Below, piece by piece: positions 44,892 to 48,401 of a stretch of 48,401 bases of DNA (position 1 is the first letter of the stretch; each line of letters begins with the position of its first letter). Below the pieces are notes generated by a model that saw only the letters and a list, made by a program, of their open reading frames with translations, made no database searches and was not told the origin of the DNA. This DNA is from Rhodothermales bacterium (GTDB lineage Bacteria; Bacteroidota; Rhodothermia; Rhodothermales; JABDKH01). The position numbers were made by a program, and so were the translations under genes. The stretch is from the NCBI GenBank assembly GCA_028284545.1, contig JANQRN010000104.1, positions 1 to 48,401 of the forward strand. Direction: 5' to 3'.

Positions 44892-45344
44892 TTGAGCGTC
44901 CTCAGCATTCGAGCGCGTGCTCGTGCCTGTAGGTTCGCGCGAATAGCTCTCCAGTTTGCGCTTCCGGGATTGATAACTGCCGGGAGCGTCTGTGGGCAGT
45001 CGCGCGATGCCGTGCGGCATGTGGCCGATGCGCGGCACAGCATCACGATTGATGTACCCCAATATGCCCGCTTCGGGAGTGCACGCATCCAGGTCGGATC
45101 AGCGCGCAACCTGAACGGACGTGTTTGGCTCCATACAAACGCAACGTCCTTGCTGGCAACGCAGTCACGCTTTCGGTACGGGCCCTCATCGCAGCTCTTG
45201 CGTGCGCAGCCTATACATGCTGCCCTCGAGTTCGACCCGTCGGAGAGCGCCCCCGACAGTTCGCTGCAGCGCTTCGACGTCGAGCATGTTGACGAAGACG
45301 GCGTGCTTGTATCGTGGGTTTATGTAACCGTTACCGACAGATAG
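44892..45344 (+). CDS. Hypothetical protein with an uncertain start, possibly another fimbrial-subunit-like protein
   Basis: The ORF has a TTG start and is preceded by a roughly 100-bp AT-rich region. The C-terminus VSWVYVTVTDR again shows an alternating beta pattern. There are no strong family features, and the gene converges on the flotillin gene. Confidence 0.3.
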   Translation: MSVLSIRARARACRFARIALQFALPGLITAGSVCGQSRDAVRHVADARHSITIDVPQYARFGSARIQVGSARNLNGRVWLHTNATSLLATQSRFRYGPSSQLLRAQPIHAALEFDPSESAPDSSLQRFDVEHVDEDGVLVSWVYVTVTDR

Positions 45345-45345
45345 T

Positions 45346-46593
45346 CTATTCGGAGTTGGATTCGCCGCCGCCAGCGCTTGATCCGGCGCGCGAGAGCATG
45401 CCGGCGACATCTATCCCGGTTGACGCCTTGAGACTTTCGAGCAGCGCCGGAGTGGAGCCCGCGATCTGATTAAAGACTGCCGGAACGCCCGCGCCGCCCT
45501 GACCACTGTCCACCACCGTGATCTTGTCAATCTTCAGGTTGTCTACGGTTTGTACAACCTGCGCAAGAATGTCTGGTAACATCTGTATCAGGAACAGCCG
45601 CTCGGCATCGTTGCCCGCCTGACGCCAAAGTTCGAGTTTTCGCCGCAGGACCTCGACCTCAGCCTGTCCGTCTTCGAGAATCCGCGCCGCGTTGCCTTTG
45701 GCGATCTCTTCTTTTGCCTGGCGTTCGGCTTCAGCCTTGACAATCGTCATGGCCCGCTGCTCCTTCTCTTGCAGCGTTATTCGTTCCTCCAGGAGTTGCT
45801 GTTTGGCCTGGGCTTCCGCAGTCTGCGCAGCGATAGAGACCTTTGCCTCCTCGGCCTCCGCGTCGGCCGCCAACTGGGCCCGGATGACACGTACCTCATT
45901 TTCAGCCTCGGCAATCGCGAGGTCGGCCTTTGCCTCCGCGAGCTTTGCCTGTTCGCGCTTTTCAGCTTCGACGACCTCGGCAGCGGCAATGACATTGGCA
46001 GAACTCTGTCGACCAATTGCGTCCAGGTAACCGCGGTCATCCTCGACACTCTGGATCTTGAGTGTGTCAAGCTGCAATCCGAGTGCGCTCAGGTCGCTGT
46101 CGGCTTCGGCAACGAGCTCTTTCGCGAACTTCAGTCGATCTTCGTTGACCTCTTCCGGGGTGAGCGATGCCACAACACCTCTGAGATTGCCTTCCAGGGT
46201 CTCCTTGGCGATGACCATGATCTCGTCAAGCGACTTGCCGAGCAGGCGTTCAACGGCGTTGTCCAACTCCGCCTCAGTGGAACTGATCTTCACGTTGGCG
46301 ATGGCCCGAACGGTGAGCGGGATTCCACCCTTGCAGTAGGCGTTCGTTACTGTCAGATCGATGGGGATCGTGTTGAGTACCAGACGATCGACCTTTTCAA
46401 TGATCGGGATACGAAAGCCACGACCGCCCTGGATGACGCGATACCCAACTTGGGAGCCGTCACTAAGCTGTCGCTGACGTCCACTAAAGATGAGAACCTC
46501 GTTCGGCTGGCAAATCTTGAGATTGGATCTCACAATTCCCAGTACCGCCATGACGGCAACGATGATTACAAACGGTACGACGAAGATTTCCAT
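45346..46593 (-). CDS. Flotillin-like SPFH/band-7 domain protein
   Basis: An N-terminal transmembrane anchor is followed by the SPFH domain (PNEVLIFSGRQ...RGFRIPIIEKVDRLVLNTIPIDL). A long Glu/Ala-rich coiled-coil follows (EAKLAEAKADLAIAEAENE...). This is the YqiK/FloT-type architecture. Confidence 0.85.
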   Translation of the reverse strand: MEIFVVPFVIIVAVMAVLGIVRSNLKICQPNEVLIFSGRQRQLSDGSQVGYRVIQGGRGFRIPIIEKVDRLVLNTIPIDLTVTNAYCKGGIPLTVRAIANVKISSTEAELDNAVERLLGKSLDEIMVIAKETLEGNLRGVVASLTPEEVNEDRLKFAKELVAEADSDLSALGLQLDTLKIQSVEDDRGYLDAIGRQSSANVIAAAEVVEAEKREQAKLAEAKADLAIAEAENEVRVIRAQLAADAEAEEAKVSIAAQTAEAQAKQQLLEERITLQEKEQRAMTIVKAEAERQAKEEIAKGNAARILEDGQAEVEVLRRKLELWRQAGNDAERLFLIQMLPDILAQVVQTVDNLKIDKITVVDSGQGGAGVPAVFNQIAGSTPALLESLKASTGIDVAGMLSRAGSSAGGGESNSE

Positions 46594-46634
46594 TGGCCGT
46601 GCTCAGATAGAGTGATGAATCAGAGTATACGAGG

Positions 46635-47249
46635 TTATGTGGGCTTTACTACTTCGGCAATCGTTCCGTCGATTCGGACGATCACGACTTCCTCTCCCTG
46701 ACTGAATGCTTCGGTAGATTCGTCGTCCAGCGGACGAGCGATGAGTTGCAACTTACGCCCTTTAGATACGACGGTGATCTTCCCCCGGTCCTTGGCACCG
46801 AAGGGAAGGAGTACATGTGCGGTTCGTCCGCGCAACTCCTTCGAGGTAACGTTACTCGAGACACTCGCGTAAGCGAAGCGCTTGATAAGGAAGTTTCCTC
46901 CGAGCCCGCAGAGCAATCCCGTTCCAATCGATAAGATGGCGGCGAGCGGTTCTCCCGTTCCGACGAGGTTCAGAAGGACGCCCGTCAGGCCGAAGAAGGC
47001 GGCGAATAGGAACAGCGCCCTGACGGAGAGGAGGTCGATGAAACCGACGCCGGCTCCGAGATCGTGATCCGCTCCGACATCCAGGCCCCCGTCCATATCG
47101 GCGTCGACGTCGACATCCATGTCAGCATCGAAGTCGATGTCCATGTCGACGTCGGCATCCACGTCTGTATCGGTCTCGCCGCCACCGAAAATCGACAGCA
47201 GGACGAAGAAACCGCCAACGATGAGACTGATCAGGTAAACGCTGTTCAT
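46635..47249 (-). CDS. NfeD-family (YqiJ-like) membrane protein partner of flotillin
   Basis: The start was refined to MNSVYLISLIVGGFFVLL (47249). The protein has transmembrane helices, an unusual alternating-Asp loop (DTDVDADVDMDIDFDADMDVDVDADMD) and a C-terminal NfeD OB-fold (GKITVVSKGRKLQLIARPLDD...EEVVIVRIDGTIAEV). It lies immediately upstream of the flotillin gene on the same strand. Confidence 0.75.
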   Translation of the reverse strand: MNSVYLISLIVGGFFVLLSIFGGGETDTDVDADVDMDIDFDADMDVDVDADMDGGLDVGADHDLGAGVGFIDLLSVRALFLFAAFFGLTGVLLNLVGTGEPLAAILSIGTGLLCGLGGNFLIKRFAYASVSSNVTSKELRGRTAHVLLPFGAKDRGKITVVSKGRKLQLIARPLDDESTEAFSQGEEVVIVRIDGTIAEVVKPT

Positions 47250-47408
47250 TTGGCTCAAATGGCGAAAGATTGCAATTATCCTTGTACGGCGCGACGGGCA
47301 GGATGTGCCAGCGATTAGGCAAAATCGCATGACGTTCGAAGTATGACAATCAGTTGTCACAGGTCGCTGGTAGACTGGTGACAGATCCGAAACAAACCCC
47401 AAAGCGTC

Positions 47409-48029
47409 GTGAAACAAACAGCCGAAACGCACACCGTTGCGCCCCCGCTATTCGACCTGGCCGCCCTGCGGGCGCACTTTCCTGAGGCAGACGTCTCGTG
47501 GCGCCCGCTAGTGTACACCCGAGACCGTAAACGCGCCCTGGTCGTCGCCTATGTATCGAACCGCGCAATCATGGATCGGCTCGACGCGGTCTGCGGCCCC
47601 GAGAACTGGAAGAACACTTTTCGAAAAGGTCCCGACGGCGGCGTCATCTGTGGGATCTCGATCCGCATACACGGCGAGTGGGTTACGAAGTGGGACGGCG
47701 CAGAAAACACGGATGTAGAGTCTGTCAAGGGCGGACTCTCGGCGAGCATGCGACGAGCCGCCGTGCAGTGGGGAATTGGACGATATCTCTACCGGCTGCC
47801 CCGCGTGTGGGTACCTGTTGATGAGAAGGGTCGGCCGGCGCGCACGCCGACGATGCCACCCGACTACCGGGTGGCGTCGTCGGGTGATGGGCAGGACACT
47901 CCGCATCTGCAGCCCTACGTGTTGGTCAACGGCGAACAGCCACCACGAAAGAATGGCAAGCTGCACCGCCAGAATCAGAAACCGAGGCCGAAGCGGGCGA
48001 CCCCCGGGCCGCGTGCAAAGGCGAGCTGA
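47409..48029 (+). CDS. Putative Rad52/Rad22-family (DdrA/Sak-like) single-strand annealing protein
   Basis: The N-terminal 150 aa follow the Rad52 N-domain pattern: L..L...F....+SWRP, then a hairpin block VICGISIRIHGEWVTKWDGAEN, then K..LSASMRRAAVQWGIGRYLY (compare eukaryotic ...[33 protein letters not shown]). A Pro/basic-rich C-terminal tail follows. The assignment is by motif resemblance only. Confidence 0.4.
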   Translation: MKQTAETHTVAPPLFDLAALRAHFPEADVSWRPLVYTRDRKRALVVAYVSNRAIMDRLDAVCGPENWKNTFRKGPDGGVICGISIRIHGEWVTKWDGAENTDVESVKGGLSASMRRAAVQWGIGRYLYRLPRVWVPVDEKGRPARTPTMPPDYRVASSGDGQDTPHLQPYVLVNGEQPPRKNGKLHRQNQKPRPKRATPGPRAKAS

Positions 48030-48038
48030 GGTGTGGCG

Positions 48039-48401
48039 CTACTCCCGGCGTATCGCCTCTACCGGTGACAAACGGGAGGCGCGCCAGGCCGGATACGTTC
48101 CAAACGTGAGACCGAGTACAATTGCCGCAGAGAGGACGACCGCAACTGTACCCGCGCTCAGGATAGCGTCGAAGGGCATCTCAGCCACACGGCGGATGAT
48201 CGGCGTCGATCCATACACGACGGCAGCGCCCAGCGCCAGACCCGCGATACAGCCGAGCGAGGTGATAGCAATCGACTCGAGCAGAAACTGTGCAACGATG
48301 TCACTGCGTCGAGCACCTGCCGCTTTCCGAATGCCGATCTCGCGAGTGCGTTCTGTGACGGACATGAGTAGCACGTTCATGACCCCGATGCCACCGACAA
48401 G
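48039..48401 (-). CDS. ABC-transporter permease of the FtsX/MacB/LolE family. Only the C-terminal part lies in the window, and the gene continues past the window end.
   Basis: The C-terminal FtsX domain is visible (ERTREIGIRKAAGARRSDIVAQFLLESIAITSLG...YPAWRASRLSPVEAIRRE). The reading frame remains open at 48401. Confidence 0.7.
   Translation of the reverse strand, partial: LVGGIGVMNVLLMSVTERTREIGIRKAAGARRSDIVAQFLLESIAITSLGCIAGLALGAAVVYGSTPIIRRVAEMPFDAILSAGTVAVVLSAAIVLGLTFGTYPAWRASRLSPVEAIRRE

Noticed and set aside
1-48401. CRISPR arrays, tRNA or rRNA genes, and transposases or integrases
   Set aside because: There are no regularly spaced direct repeats and no clover-leaf-compatible segments in the few intergenic gaps. 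No ORF has DDE, serine or tyrosine recombinase motifs. The only repeats are the 27-bp tail duplication and the short operator-like motifs.

Overview
This is a high-GC (about 65%) bacterial chromosomal segment. The gene content points to a Bacteroidota or Rhodothermota-like organism: there is a type IX secretion C-terminal sorting domain on a secreted protein, a short 279-aa SigA/RpoD, and a folP-cdaA operon. Most of the window is core housekeeping: an RqcH/NFACT homolog, uppP, a sigma-54-dependent response regulator, der, a PhzF-family gene, mrdA-rodA, argS, pheA, ftsX, deoB, pcm-cdaA-folP, a GH3-family ligase, rpoD, a flotillin-NfeD pair, and a partial ABC permease at the 3' edge.

Several islands are not housekeeping and stand out.
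- A tandem pair of EutN/CcmL/PduN-type microcompartment vertex (BMC-P) genes with no shell-hexamer gene anywhere in the 48 kb.
- A translationally coupled operon of a lipoprotein-type MscS channel and a 1099-aa coiled-coil protein that carries a P-loop domain with a deviant Walker A.
- Two large paralogous proteins, each built as Peptidase_MA_2 (HExxH), then a PD40 beta-propeller, then a C-terminal beta-barrel. One of them lies downstream of a VIT-vWA protein.
- A compact secreted-protein operon that resembles an archaic (SCPU/DUF4402-type) chaperone-usher pilus locus. It has a small Thr/Ser-rich subunit gene with a strong RBS and an intra-operon terminator, two more secreted proteins, and a 1103-aa outer-membrane giant that carries DUF11-like Ig repeats, a beta-barrel, CarboxypepD_reg domains and two C-terminal LysM domains.
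- A Rad52/DdrA-like single-strand annealing protein candidate near the 3' end.

I saw no tRNA, rRNA, CRISPR array or obvious mobile element. Many long antisense or alternate-frame ORFs in the track are high-GC artifacts.
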